Assembly: GCA_964360785.1 (NCBI GenBank)
Contig: CAYHXX010000005.1
Span: 1 to 54,497, forward strand
DNA: 54,497 nt
DNA from: an uncultured Gammaproteobacteria bacterium
Lineage (GTDB): Bacteria > Patescibacteriota > Microgenomatia > Woykebacterales > RBG-16-39-9b
Direction of reading: 5' to 3'
This document shows, piece by piece, positions 25,924-34,563 of this stretch. The first letter of the stretch is position 1. Every line of letters begins with the position of its first letter. The notes under the pieces are model-generated. The model was not told the origin of the DNA. It searched no databases and was given only the letters and a program-made list of their open reading frames with translations. The position numbers and the translations under genes were made by a program.

Positions 25924-26129
25924 GACGCAAGTGGTGAGGGATCGCTGACTCTGACAAAGTCACCGATTGGTTCCGTCGACATTTTGGTTCTCACGAACTA
26001 GAATGCTCGATCACCCCTCACTCAAGTTAATCTTTATTAGGTTAATTTAAGAGGAAAAGCGACCTGAAAGGGCCGTTTTTCTTTTTCTGCCTTGAAATCA
26101 GATATTTCCTGCAGTATTATGGAGCAACT

Positions 26130-26306
26130 ATGAGTAAAATTTCACTTTTGGATAGAATTGAAAAGATTGAAAGAGAAGTAGCCGAGGTTAAGAAAACCTT
26201 GAGCTATGAAGAAAAAGATGCCTTAAAGGCAGTTCGGGCTTATGAAAAAGCCAAGCGTGAAGGAAAATTAATTGAGCTTAAATCTGTTTCCCAACTTTTG
26301 GACTAG
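26130..26306 (+). CDS. Putative antitoxin (58 aa, below the ORF-track cutoff)
   Basis: ATG 26130, MSKISLLDRIEKIEREVAEVKK..., a coiled-coil-like small protein. Its TAG stop overlaps the GTG start of the RelE-like ORF by 1 nt. Confidence 0.5.
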   Translation: MSKISLLDRIEKIEREVAEVKKTLSYEEKDALKAVRAYEKAKREGKLIELKSVSQLLD

Positions 26307-26569
26307 TGGTTAAACATCTTTTTTACTACGTAACTTTTAAACGGGCCTTCAAAAAACTACAACCTTTTCAGAGAGCTGACTTCGAGAAGAAGCTAACCAT
26401 ATTTGTAAATAATCCTTTTGATTCCAGACTTAAAACTCATAAACTACAAGGAAAGTTAGATAGATACCACTCATTCTCGATTAACCATAGCGATAGAGTT
26501 GTGTTTGAGTTTATAGGTAACGAGACGGTTGGTTTAGTCGATATTGGTTCTCACAGTATTTACCGTTGA
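26306..26569 (+). CDS. RelE/ParE-superfamily toxin (YafQ/RelE-like)
   Basis: 87 aa. KLQGKLDRYHSFSINHSDRVVFEFIGNETVGLVDIGSHSIY fits the RelE/ParE core pattern. Confidence 0.65.
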   Translation: MVKHLFYYVTFKRAFKKLQPFQRADFEKKLTIFVNNPFDSRLKTHKLQGKLDRYHSFSINHSDRVVFEFIGNETVGLVDIGSHSIYR

Positions 26570-26572
26570 AAT

Positions 26573-27406
26573 ATGCCAGAACTTCCAGAAGTTACCACTC
26601 TTGTAAATGATGTTAATCAAAAAATAGCCGGACATAGAATTGATGAAGTCAAGATCACCTTTCTTGGCGAAAACCTGCGGATCAAGTCAAAGCAAGATTT
26701 AGACCAGATACTTTCCGGAAAGAAAATCGAGAAAGCCAAGCGCCGAGCAAAATTTCTGATTCTAAATCTCAGCAACGGTGAGCACCTCGTCATTCATTTG
26801 AAGTTAACAGGCCAGCTTCTTCTGCGTGACAAAAACGCTCGACCAGATGAGTTTACACGATTAATATTCAATCTCGACAACGGCAAACAATTTCGGTTTT
26901 GTGATCGAAATGGAGCGGCGGAAGTTTTTGTGGTTTCCGATATTGCCGAAGTCGAGAAGCTAGTTGGACCAGATCCTTTTGATATTAAAATAGAAACTTT
27001 TTCCAACAATATTCAAAATTCAGACAAGAAAACGATTAAAGAGACAATTGTTGATCAAAAGATTATTGCCGGAGTGGGGAACATCTACGCTGATGAAGCT
27101 TTGTTTGTGGCTAAAATCAATCCAACCCGGGGTCCAAAATCTATAACGTCCGAAGAAGTTCAAATTTTATTGGGTGCAATTAAACAGGTCTTAACTGAAG
27201 GCATTGAACACAGGGGAACTACTATTGATTCGTATCGTGATCTGTTGGGAAATCCAGGAACTCATCAAAACTACCTTCGAGTTTACGGTAAAAAAGGGCA
27301 ACCGTGCCCAAACTGTGCTACAGCAATTGAATACACTGAAATCAACGGTCGTCGAACACATTTTTGTCCAGCCTGTCAGCCAACAGAGCAGCTTTCTCTG
27401 TTTTAG
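26573..27406 (+). CDS. mutM: Formamidopyrimidine-DNA glycosylase (Fpg/MutM), paralog 1
   Basis: MPELPEV N-terminus, H2TH GVGNIYADEALF and a C-terminal zinc finger CPNC...CPAC. Confidence 0.9.
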   Translation: MPELPEVTTLVNDVNQKIAGHRIDEVKITFLGENLRIKSKQDLDQILSGKKIEKAKRRAKFLILNLSNGEHLVIHLKLTGQLLLRDKNARPDEFTRLIFNLDNGKQFRFCDRNGAAEVFVVSDIAEVEKLVGPDPFDIKIETFSNNIQNSDKKTIKETIVDQKIIAGVGNIYADEALFVAKINPTRGPKSITSEEVQILLGAIKQVLTEGIEHRGTTIDSYRDLLGNPGTHQNYLRVYGKKGQPCPNCATAIEYTEINGRRTHFCPACQPTEQLSLF

Positions 27407-27548
27407 TTAAACTGTTAAAATAGCCCCATGCCAGAATTACCTGAGGGAAGCACCTGCTCGTGCTTCCTTAAAGACAATTATAATTCGCACTCGCAGAAGC
27501 TTGCCTTTTTGCTCCACAAAAACGTTGAAACAATTACTGGAGGTAAAG

Positions 27549-28370
27549 TTGCCTGAATTGCCAGAAGTAGAAACTATTCGTAGGGATTTGGAAAAAGAGA
27601 TTGTTGGTCATAAGATCGTAAATCTGTGGTACGACGTTCCCAAAATGCTGCAACCGAGTCCAGAAGTTGTCAAAAGAATTGTTGGGCGCTACTTTGTTTC
27701 AGCCGGCCGAATTGGCAAGCTATTATTACTTGGAATTGAAGGTGACGGTACGATCGGAATTCACCTCAAACTTTCCGGCCGGCTGTTTATTCGCAAACAA
27801 ACAGATCCTGAAGATCGCTTTACCCATGTTACATTCAAATTTGAAGACGGTCGGGAACTACGATTTAGCGAAGTGCGAAAGTTTGGTTACGTTAAGCTAA
27901 TTGAAAATGCAACTGATTTGAAAAAAATAACTAACGAGTTTGGACCAGAACCAATTACCAAAGATTACACGCTTGAGGTTGTTAAAAAAGTTTTGGTGAG
28001 CTCGTCACGAGCAACAAAAGTATTAATTATGGATCAGAAAAAGATCGCTGGGGTCGGCAATATATACGCAGATGAGGCACTTTGGTATGCAAAGATTCAC
28101 CCCGAAACTTCCGGCAACAAGGTTCCCGAGGAGCAAGTTGAAGAACTATATATGGGAATTATTAAAGCACTGGAACAGGGGATTGAGGATCGGGGAACAA
28201 GTATTGATGATTACTTGGATATTTATGGAAGACCGGGAAATCATGCTAAGAATCTCAATGTTTTTCGTAACGAAGGAAGCCCATGTTCTCGTTGTGGTAC
28301 CGTAATAAAGAAGATACGGGTTGGTGGGCGAGGTACACATTATTGTCCGAAGTGCCAGGTTAAATTATAA
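27549..28370 (+). CDS. Formamidopyrimidine-DNA glycosylase family (Fpg/Nei), paralog 2
   Basis: TTG 27549 after GGAGG gives (M)PELPEVETIRRDL. H2TH GVGNIYADEALW and zinc finger CSRC...CPKC. The listed 27501 start adds a non-conserved extension. Confidence 0.88.
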   Translation: MPELPEVETIRRDLEKEIVGHKIVNLWYDVPKMLQPSPEVVKRIVGRYFVSAGRIGKLLLLGIEGDGTIGIHLKLSGRLFIRKQTDPEDRFTHVTFKFEDGRELRFSEVRKFGYVKLIENATDLKKITNEFGPEPITKDYTLEVVKKVLVSSSRATKVLIMDQKKIAGVGNIYADEALWYAKIHPETSGNKVPEEQVEELYMGIIKALEQGIEDRGTSIDDYLDIYGRPGNHAKNLNVFRNEGSPCSRCGTVIKKIRVGGRGTHYCPKCQVKL

Positions 28371-28413
28371 CTCGCTTGAGTTACAAGCGTGATATAAATC
28401 TTAAGAAAGCTTT

Positions 28414-29139
28414 ATGAACGAATTTATCTCGGTTATCGTCCCAGCTTACAATGAAGAAAAATATATTGCCGGTTGTTTGGAGGCACTACAAAAACAAGAT
28501 TTTCCAAAAGACAAATTCGAAATATTGGTAGTTAACAATCTCTCAACAGACAAGACTCGTGAAATAGCTGAAAGTATGGGGGTTGCAGTATTCGATTTTT
28601 CCCAAAATAAGGGAGTTGGTCCGGTTCGACAAGAGGGTGTGAAAAAAGCAAGCGGTCAAATCTTGGCCTTCACCGACGCTGATACCAAGCCTGAGGCGGC
28701 TTGGTTAAAAAAAGTGAGCAAAGACTTTGAAGATCCACAGGTTATTGGTGTTGGTGGTAAAGTTCTACCAGAAGGTGCTGGGTTTTTTACAACGTTCCTA
28801 TTTGAGCTTTACGATATCTTTTTGAAAATCAACCTTTTCCTTGGCAAACCACTACCATGGGGAAATAATATGGCGATTCGTAAAGACAGTTTTGAAAAGG
28901 TTGGCGGTTTTGATCTTAATTTAGCAACGAGTGAGGATTGGGATCTTGCGTTGCGTCTCCAAAAACAATTTCCAAACTCAAAGTTTATTTATGACTCAAA
29001 TCTAAAGGTGCTGACTTCAAATAGGAAGCAAGCTAATACATTGGTTTTCTTAAATTATTTTTGGGATAGTTTTAATAATTACGTCAGTGTTGTTATTTTA
29101 GGGAGAGCAAAAAGTAAGGAAATGAAAATAGTCCGCTAA
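28414..29139 (+). CDS. Glycosyltransferase family 2
   Basis: SVIVPAYNEEKYI, a DxD-like TDADT motif and GT-A fold signatures. Confidence 0.85.
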   Translation: MNEFISVIVPAYNEEKYIAGCLEALQKQDFPKDKFEILVVNNLSTDKTREIAESMGVAVFDFSQNKGVGPVRQEGVKKASGQILAFTDADTKPEAAWLKKVSKDFEDPQVIGVGGKVLPEGAGFFTTFLFELYDIFLKINLFLGKPLPWGNNMAIRKDSFEKVGGFDLNLATSEDWDLALRLQKQFPNSKFIYDSNLKVLTSNRKQANTLVFLNYFWDSFNNYVSVVILGRAKSKEMKIVR

Positions 29140-29141
29140 TT

Positions 29142-30389
29142 ATGAAAATTGGATTTTTTACAGAAACCTATTTACCACACCTCAACGGGGTGTCAGTTAC
29201 CTTGGCCTTCGAAAAGGAAAAACTGGAAAAGCTTGGGCACAAAGTCACAGTTTTTGCTCCCAAAGTTGCAGGGGCAGAAGATAAAAGCGATATTGTCAGG
29301 CTAAGTTCAATGAAAGTCCTTAATTCAGAGCCGGAACAAAAAATGGTTTTGCCAATACCAAACGCAACACTTCGAAAAACTTTCAGGGTTGGTCTTGATG
29401 TAGTCCATGCACATGGTGGTGGTCTCTTTAGCTTCTTGGGTTACCAACTGGCCTTGGCAAAAGGCTATCCTTTTGTTTTGACATACCACACTTATTTGAC
29501 CAAGTACTTACATTATTTCTTCATAAAAAACTACTTTCTGACTTCGAGAGCGGCAATTAGCGGTAGCAAATTGTTCTGCAACCTTGCCGATATTGTCATT
29601 GTCCCAAGTGAGAAGATGAAGAAAATTCTTGAAGGTTATGGTGTAACAAAAAGGATTGAAGTTGTACCTAACCCGATTGACACCAGTAAATTTCGTAAGG
29701 TGGAAAGCAGTTTCTTGCGCGACAAGCTGAACTTAAAGCCGGATACTCTGATTTTTCTGACTGCTAGTAGGTTGGGTAAGGAAAAGAATATTGATTTTTT
29801 GCTTAAAGCCTTTGCGATTGTTGCTAAAAAGAACAAAAATTCTGTTTTTGTAATCTTGGGTGATGGTCCGGAAAAAACCGCGCTTCAAGAATTGACAAAA
29901 GAACTTTCTCTGGAGAAGAGAGTGTACTTTACTGGTTACATTTCTTCTGAGAAGATGCCAGAAGTTTATTCTGATAGTGGTATTTTCTTGTTCGCCTCCA
30001 CAAGTGAAACTCAAGGCATGGTCATACCAGAAGCAGCTGCTTGTGGTTTGCCTCTAGTAGTAGTTGAAGACCAGGCTTTTGCTGGTGCAGTCCAGGATTT
30101 TGTAAACGGTTACGAGACAAAGATGAAAGTGTCAGTTTTTGCCCGAAAGTTACTTAGCCTTGCCGAAAACAGTTCAAAGCGGGAACAGTTTGGTTTAGAA
30201 TCGCAAAGGTTAATAAAGAAAAATTTTGATCCAGATAAAATAATTATGAAGTTAGAGACTGTTTATAAGGACGCGATTGAGATTAGGAGAAACCAACCTC
30301 GAGTTAGCAACCGTGTTCAGAGTAGGTTTAAGAATTTGATTGGTATTTTTGGTTATGTAAAGGAATTGAACAAAAGATTGGGTTTTTAG
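29142..30389 (+). CDS. Glycosyltransferase family 4 (GT-B, group 1)
   Basis: KIGFFTETYLPHLNGV N-terminal domain and the C-terminal E..GMVIPEAAACGLPLVV motif. Confidence 0.85.
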   Translation: MKIGFFTETYLPHLNGVSVTLAFEKEKLEKLGHKVTVFAPKVAGAEDKSDIVRLSSMKVLNSEPEQKMVLPIPNATLRKTFRVGLDVVHAHGGGLFSFLGYQLALAKGYPFVLTYHTYLTKYLHYFFIKNYFLTSRAAISGSKLFCNLADIVIVPSEKMKKILEGYGVTKRIEVVPNPIDTSKFRKVESSFLRDKLNLKPDTLIFLTASRLGKEKNIDFLLKAFAIVAKKNKNSVFVILGDGPEKTALQELTKELSLEKRVYFTGYISSEKMPEVYSDSGIFLFASTSETQGMVIPEAAACGLPLVVVEDQAFAGAVQDFVNGYETKMKVSVFARKLLSLAENSSKREQFGLESQRLIKKNFDPDKIIMKLETVYKDAIEIRRNQPRVSNRVQSRFKNLIGIFGYVKELNKRLGF

Positions 30390-30836
30390 ATGAGGACCAT
30401 TGAGTTTGAAACGATCGTACCAGTAGCCATAGATGAGGTTTGGGCTATGTTCAAAAAGGTAGAAGAGTATCCGCAAATTATCGAGTATTGCCACAAAGCA
30501 AAACTGGTTGGCGGATTTAAAGAAGGTTCCAATTGGTACGACTGGTCAACGGTTTTGATAGTACCGTTAAAAGTAAACCATCAGATTGAGAAGATCTTAC
30601 CAAACGCAGAAATAATCTATTCAATCCCTTTGCCGTTTGGTGTTTTTTTGAAACAGGAATCTAAACTTGAAGGAAAGAGCAGTAGGGAAACTAACGTTAA
30701 AATGGTAGTAACAATAGCTTTTGAGAGCAAGCTACTGGATAGCATACTGGGTAATTTTGTGGAATATCGCAACAAACGAATGATCAGCAAAACAATAGAA
30801 AACTTTCATAATAGGTTTAAAAATGCAAATAATTGA
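30390..30836 (+). CDS. SRPBCC (START/polyketide cyclase-like) family protein
   Basis: 148 aa. The N-terminal pattern IEFETIVPVAIDEVWAMFKKVEEYPQ is typical of SRPBCC proteins. Confidence 0.55.
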   Translation: MRTIEFETIVPVAIDEVWAMFKKVEEYPQIIEYCHKAKLVGGFKEGSNWYDWSTVLIVPLKVNHQIEKILPNAEIIYSIPLPFGVFLKQESKLEGKSSRETNVKMVVTIAFESKLLDSILGNFVEYRNKRMISKTIENFHNRFKNANN

Positions 30837-31629
30837 CGGAAAAGCACTACGGGACAAACTATTAGCAAATCTGGCAGAAGAAATAAGTAGCAAGAAACTA
30901 AAGCCAAGGTTGGCTATTGTATTGATTGGTGATGATGAAGCTTCGCTTCGATATATCAAACAGAAGCAGAAAGCCGCTGAGGAGATCGGCGCTCAGGCTC
31001 AATTGTTACAACTTCCTGTAGGTACTGCTGAAGAAAATCTAATTACCAAAATAGAAGAGTTGAACGCAAATGAAGAAGTAACCGGAATAATTGTTCAACT
31101 ACCGCTTCCTGGAAATCTAGATAAGGAGAAAATTCTTGAAACTATTGCAAAGGCTAAGGATGTAGATGGGTTGCGAAAAGATTCAGCTTTCGAACCAGCT
31201 ACGCCACTCGGGATTTTGGAAATACTACACGAGTACAAAGTTCCACTCAAGGATAAAGTTGCAGTTGTTATTGGACAAAGTCATTTGGTCGGGGCACCGC
31301 TAAGCGAAATGCTCGAAAATGAAGGAGCTAAAGTTACTCGGATTGATATTAATACTCCGTTACCAATAGATTCCTTAGTTCAACAAGGGGATATTGTAAT
31401 TGCTGCAGTGGGGAAAGTTAATCTAGTTACCGCTAGCATGGTTAAAGAGGGTGTAGTCGTTATTGACGTCGGAACAAATCTTGATCCAGAAACAGGAAAG
31501 TTGGTTGGTGATGTTGCTTTCGATGGTGTTAAAGACAAAGTTTCACTCATCACCCCGGTTCCTGGTGGCGTCGGGCCAATGACGGTGGCGATGCTGATGA
31601 AAAACCTTGTTCTAGCAGCGACTAATTGA
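30823..31629 (+). CDS. folD: Bifunctional methylenetetrahydrofolate dehydrogenase/cyclohydrolase FolD
   Basis: MQIIDGKAL, SLRYIKQK, GIIVQLPLP, VVIGQSHLVGAPL and PVPGGVGPMT motifs. Confidence 0.92.
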   Translation: MQIIDGKALRDKLLANLAEEISSKKLKPRLAIVLIGDDEASLRYIKQKQKAAEEIGAQAQLLQLPVGTAEENLITKIEELNANEEVTGIIVQLPLPGNLDKEKILETIAKAKDVDGLRKDSAFEPATPLGILEILHEYKVPLKDKVAVVIGQSHLVGAPLSEMLENEGAKVTRIDINTPLPIDSLVQQGDIVIAAVGKVNLVTASMVKEGVVVIDVGTNLDPETGKLVGDVAFDGVKDKVSLITPVPGGVGPMTVAMLMKNLVLAATN

Positions 31630-31821
31630 CAAATAATTTCCAGAAGACTACAACTAAATTGCAGCCGCCGTCCGTCCTACATTCTGCTTCCCCGCGCGAT
31701 CGGTCTGTAGGCAGTCAGCACCACGACCACGGTTAGTTGGGGCTTCTTGGGTTTGTGGTGCAACTGAGCTTTCCACAGCATGAAGCTGTGTGTATCTGAG
31801 GAGGAAATCAAGGGAGGAATT

Positions 31822-32016
31822 ATGCCACTGATCGGTCGTACTTCGCGGTCAGGTGAACAAGAAAGTACGAGACCAAGACGGGAATTGAGGTTGAGTCACA
31901 CTGAGATCCTGGCTACTAACCTTGGACGAAACAGGACATTTGGTCCCCGAAGAACTTGTGCAGATGTCAGATTTGAAGATACAGAGACGATCAAACAACG
32001 AGCCGCGTACAGATAA
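31822..32016 (+). CDS. Candidate 64-aa Arg-rich small protein (island E)
   Basis: ATG 31822 lies 4 nt after AAGGGAGG. Unlike the other island ORFs it shows no G/C third-position bias, so coding status is doubtful. It is preceded by a ~165-nt GC-rich leader (31655-31820). Confidence 0.35.
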   Translation: MPLIGRTSRSGEQESTRPRRELRLSHTEILATNLGRNRTFGPRRTCADVRFEDTETIKQRAAYR

Positions 32017-32036
32017 ACTGAGCGGCTTTCCTTTTT
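32001..32036. terminator. Bidirectional terminator between island E and clpB
   Basis: AGCCGC..GCGGCT hairpin (32001-32027) followed by TTCCTTTTT on the + strand. The clpB stop is at 32038-32040 on the - strand. Confidence 0.5.
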
Positions 32037-32037
32037 A

Positions 32038-34170
32038 CTACTTGAAAACCACTTTTCCTGATTCAATAACAGCCTTAACTTTGTCGCCCTTTTTAACTTT
32101 ACCTTCGACAATTTGCAGTGACAGCTCGTCGAGAATCAGATCTTGGATGCTGCGTTTTATTGGCCGTGCTCCATAAATAGGGTCGAAACCTTCCTTGGCT
32201 ATCTTTTGTTCGACCTCTTTACTTACATCAAGTTCAATTCCGCGCTCACTTAATCTATTAACCACCCGTTTAATTTGCAGAGTTGTAATTTGTTCAATTT
32301 CTGTCTTACCGAGAGACTCAAAAAAGACAATTTCGTCCAGTCGGTTGAGAAATTCTGGCCGGAAACTCTTGCGGACCAAGCTCATGAGCTCTTCTTGCAT
32401 GATATTTGGAGTTTTTCCTGCGTACTTTTGGATGATATCTGAACCAAGGTTGCTGGTCATAATGATTATGCTATTGCGAAAATCCACAGTACGACCCCGG
32501 CCATCAGTTAGCCTGCCATCATCGAGAACTTGGAGCAGAGTATTGAAGACATCGCTGTGGGCTTTTTCAATTTCGTCAAAAAGGATTACCGAATAAGGTT
32601 TACGTCTGATCGCTTCAGTTAACTGGCCGCCTTCTTCGTAACCAACATAGCCTGGAGGAGCGCCGATCAAGCGTGCTACGGCGTGGGTTTCCATATACTC
32701 ACTCATATCGATGCGGATCATTGCTTTTTCATCATTGAACATAAATTCTGCTAGTGACCGCGCCAGTTCGGTTTTACCCACACCAGTCGGACCAAGGAAA
32801 ATAAAAGAACCAATCGGTCTTGTTTCCTCAGAAATTCCGGCCCTGTGGCGCCTTATAGCGTTCGCTACGGCCTTTATAGCTTTATCCTGGTCAATCATGC
32901 GATTGTGGATCTCGTCCTCCAAATGAGCGAGTTTAGCGGCTTCTGACTCCAAAAGTCGGTTTACTGGAATTCCGGTCCAGCGGGAAACAACACTGGCAAT
33001 ATCATCCGGAGTAACCTCTTCGCGTAAGATCTGGCCATCTTTGGAGACTTCTTTGAGTTTCCTATTGAGTTCTTGGACCTGTTTCTCGAGGGTAGGGATC
33101 TTGCCATATTTGAGCTCGGCTGCTTTATTGAGGTCAGTTTCACGTTCAGCTTGCTCAAGAGCGACCTTGGTTTTTTCCAATTCCGCTGATTTTGATCTTA
33201 GATCGGTAATAACATCCTTTTCAGCTCGCCAGTTTTTCTCAAGTACATCTGATTTAGCTTTAAGTTCTTTAATTTCGGCCTCAAGTTTAGCTAACCGTTC
33301 TTTTGAAACAGAGTCTTTTTCTTTTTTCAAAGCCTCTTTTTCAATCTCGAGCTGAATTAGGCGGCGTTTCATTTGGTCAAGCTCTGTCGGCATGCTCTCG
33401 ACTTCCATTTTCAAAGCTGCGGTAGCTTCATCAACAAGGTCAACAGCTTTATCGGGAAGGAGTCGGCCGGAGATATAGCGACTGGAAAGTTGGGCGGCAG
33501 CCACGAGTGCGCCGTCAGTGATCCTGATCCCATGATGAACCTCATATTTATCTTTAATACCCCGTAGTATGGCAATTGTAGCCTCAATCGACGGTTCTTC
33601 GACGAGGACTGGTTGAAAACGGCGTTCGAGGGCGGGATCTTTTTCAATATATTCCCGATACTCTTTGAGAGTAGTTGCTCCGACTGTGTGTAGCTCACCG
33701 CGTGCCAAGGCTGGTTTTAAAATATTAGCCGCGTCAACCGCCCCCTCAGCTTTGCCGGCACCAACAACGAGGTGAAGCTCGTCAATAAATAAAATATATT
33801 TACCTGACCCTGTTATTTCCTTGAGAACAGAATTTAATCTTTCTTCAAACTCGCCACGGAAAGCAGCACCTGCCAGAAGAGAGGAGATATCAAGCTGGAA
33901 GATCTCACGGTTTTTGAGAGTGTCAGGCACATCTCCAGAGACAATTCTTTGGGCCAAGCCTTCAACAATCGCGGTTTTGCCGACACCAGCTTCACCGATC
34001 AATACAGGATTATTTTTTGTTCGGCGGCTTAGAACCTGCATGACGCGGCGGATTTCATCATCACGTCCTATGACGGGATCGAGCTTGCCATCTTTGGCCA
34101 AAGCAGTGAGGTTGCGGCCATAGGTTTCAAGCGGTTTCTTTTCAGTTGGGGGTTCATAGCGAGCTTCCAT
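32038..34170 (-). CDS. clpB: AAA+ disaggregase ClpB lacking the N-terminal domain
   Basis: 710 aa. It starts at the equivalent of the linker before NBD1 ([15 protein letters not shown]). Two Walker A motifs ([16 protein letters not shown]), the coiled-coil M-domain and GARPIKR are present. Confidence 0.93.
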   Translation of the reverse strand: MEARYEPPTEKKPLETYGRNLTALAKDGKLDPVIGRDDEIRRVMQVLSRRTKNNPVLIGEAGVGKTAIVEGLAQRIVSGDVPDTLKNREIFQLDISSLLAGAAFRGEFEERLNSVLKEITGSGKYILFIDELHLVVGAGKAEGAVDAANILKPALARGELHTVGATTLKEYREYIEKDPALERRFQPVLVEEPSIEATIAILRGIKDKYEVHHGIRITDGALVAAAQLSSRYISGRLLPDKAVDLVDEATAALKMEVESMPTELDQMKRRLIQLEIEKEALKKEKDSVSKERLAKLEAEIKELKAKSDVLEKNWRAEKDVITDLRSKSAELEKTKVALEQAERETDLNKAAELKYGKIPTLEKQVQELNRKLKEVSKDGQILREEVTPDDIASVVSRWTGIPVNRLLESEAAKLAHLEDEIHNRMIDQDKAIKAVANAIRRHRAGISEETRPIGSFIFLGPTGVGKTELARSLAEFMFNDEKAMIRIDMSEYMETHAVARLIGAPPGYVGYEEGGQLTEAIRRKPYSVILFDEIEKAHSDVFNTLLQVLDDGRLTDGRGRTVDFRNSIIIMTSNLGSDIIQKYAGKTPNIMQEELMSLVRKSFRPEFLNRLDEIVFFESLGKTEIEQITTLQIKRVVNRLSERGIELDVSKEVEQKIAKEGFDPIYGARPIKRSIQDLILDELSLQIVEGKVKKGDKVKAVIESGKVVFK

Positions 34171-34192
34171 AGCCCGAAAATACCATAAAACC

Positions 34193-34219
34193 TTAGCACT
34201 TGCAAGAGGTGAGTGACAG
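34193..34219. promoter_or_regulatory. Degenerate CIRCE-like inverted repeat upstream of clpB
   Basis: TTAGCACTT-N9-GAGTGACAG against the consensus TTAGCACTC-N9-GAGTGCTAA (14 of 18 matches). It lies 23-49 nt upstream of the clpB start. Confidence 0.35.
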
Positions 34220-34296
34220 ATATAGGCTCAGAAAGAGGGAATGTAAATAACAAAAATGCTCTAGGATAGTTTATGTCGGAAATAAAAAGACTTGTA

Positions 34297-34339
34297 GTAA
34301 AAAAGGGGCAGGGCGGTGTGTGGTTGTCCACCGCCCTGC
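34297..34339 (-). terminator. Intrinsic terminator of island F operon
   Basis: On the - strand, GCAGGGCGGTG..CACCGCCCTGC hairpin followed by CCCTTTTTT. Confidence 0.65.
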
Positions 34340-34365
34340 GTGAAATGACTATTCCGTGCCTGGTC

Positions 34366-34554
34366 TCACTTGTCGCTTGGCACTGGGGTCGATCCGTTCT
34401 CCTGCTCGATGTAGAGCTGCGTCATGCCAGTCTCGTTACCAAACAGCTCGGCGGTTGTGACCACCACAACTGGTCGGACAACGAAGATCAGCGCGAACAA
34501 CGCGATCGAGCCGATTAGAAGTCTGCCCCAAAAGGTTGTTAGCAGTTGGCTCAC
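34366..34554 (-). CDS. Small membrane protein (62 aa), GC-rich, unknown function
   Basis: GTG start lies 5 nt after AGGAGG, and that RBS overlaps the upstream stop codon. One TM helix (LLIGSIALFALIFVV). Confidence 0.5.
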   Translation of the reverse strand: MSQLLTTFWGRLLIGSIALFALIFVVRPVVVVTTAELFGNETGMTQLYIEQENGSTPVPSDK

Positions 34555-34563
34555 CAGATCCTC

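Noticed and set aside
23449-26088. Integron gene cassettes or a CALIN cluster
   Set aside because: No intI-type integrase is present. No attC-like imperfect palindrome with RYYYAAC/GTTRRRY cores occurs at the cassette ends. The cassettes also carry their own promoters, unlike typical integron cassettes.
31655-31820. Known riboswitch class in the island E leader, and similarly in the island D and F leaders
   Set aside because: I could not find any consensus core in these leaders. I checked TPP, SAM, FMN, cobalamin, glycine, purine, preQ1, c-di-GMP, ZTP, fluoride, guanidine and Mn motifs. They are left as unknown structured leaders.
32195-34123. Plus-strand ORFs antisense to clpB (32195-32596, 32711-32926, 33041-33355, 33373-33567, 33821-34123)
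   Set aside because: They give Ser/Leu/Arg-rich antisense translations of a highly conserved gene. This is a typical antisense shadow-ORF pattern with no RBS.
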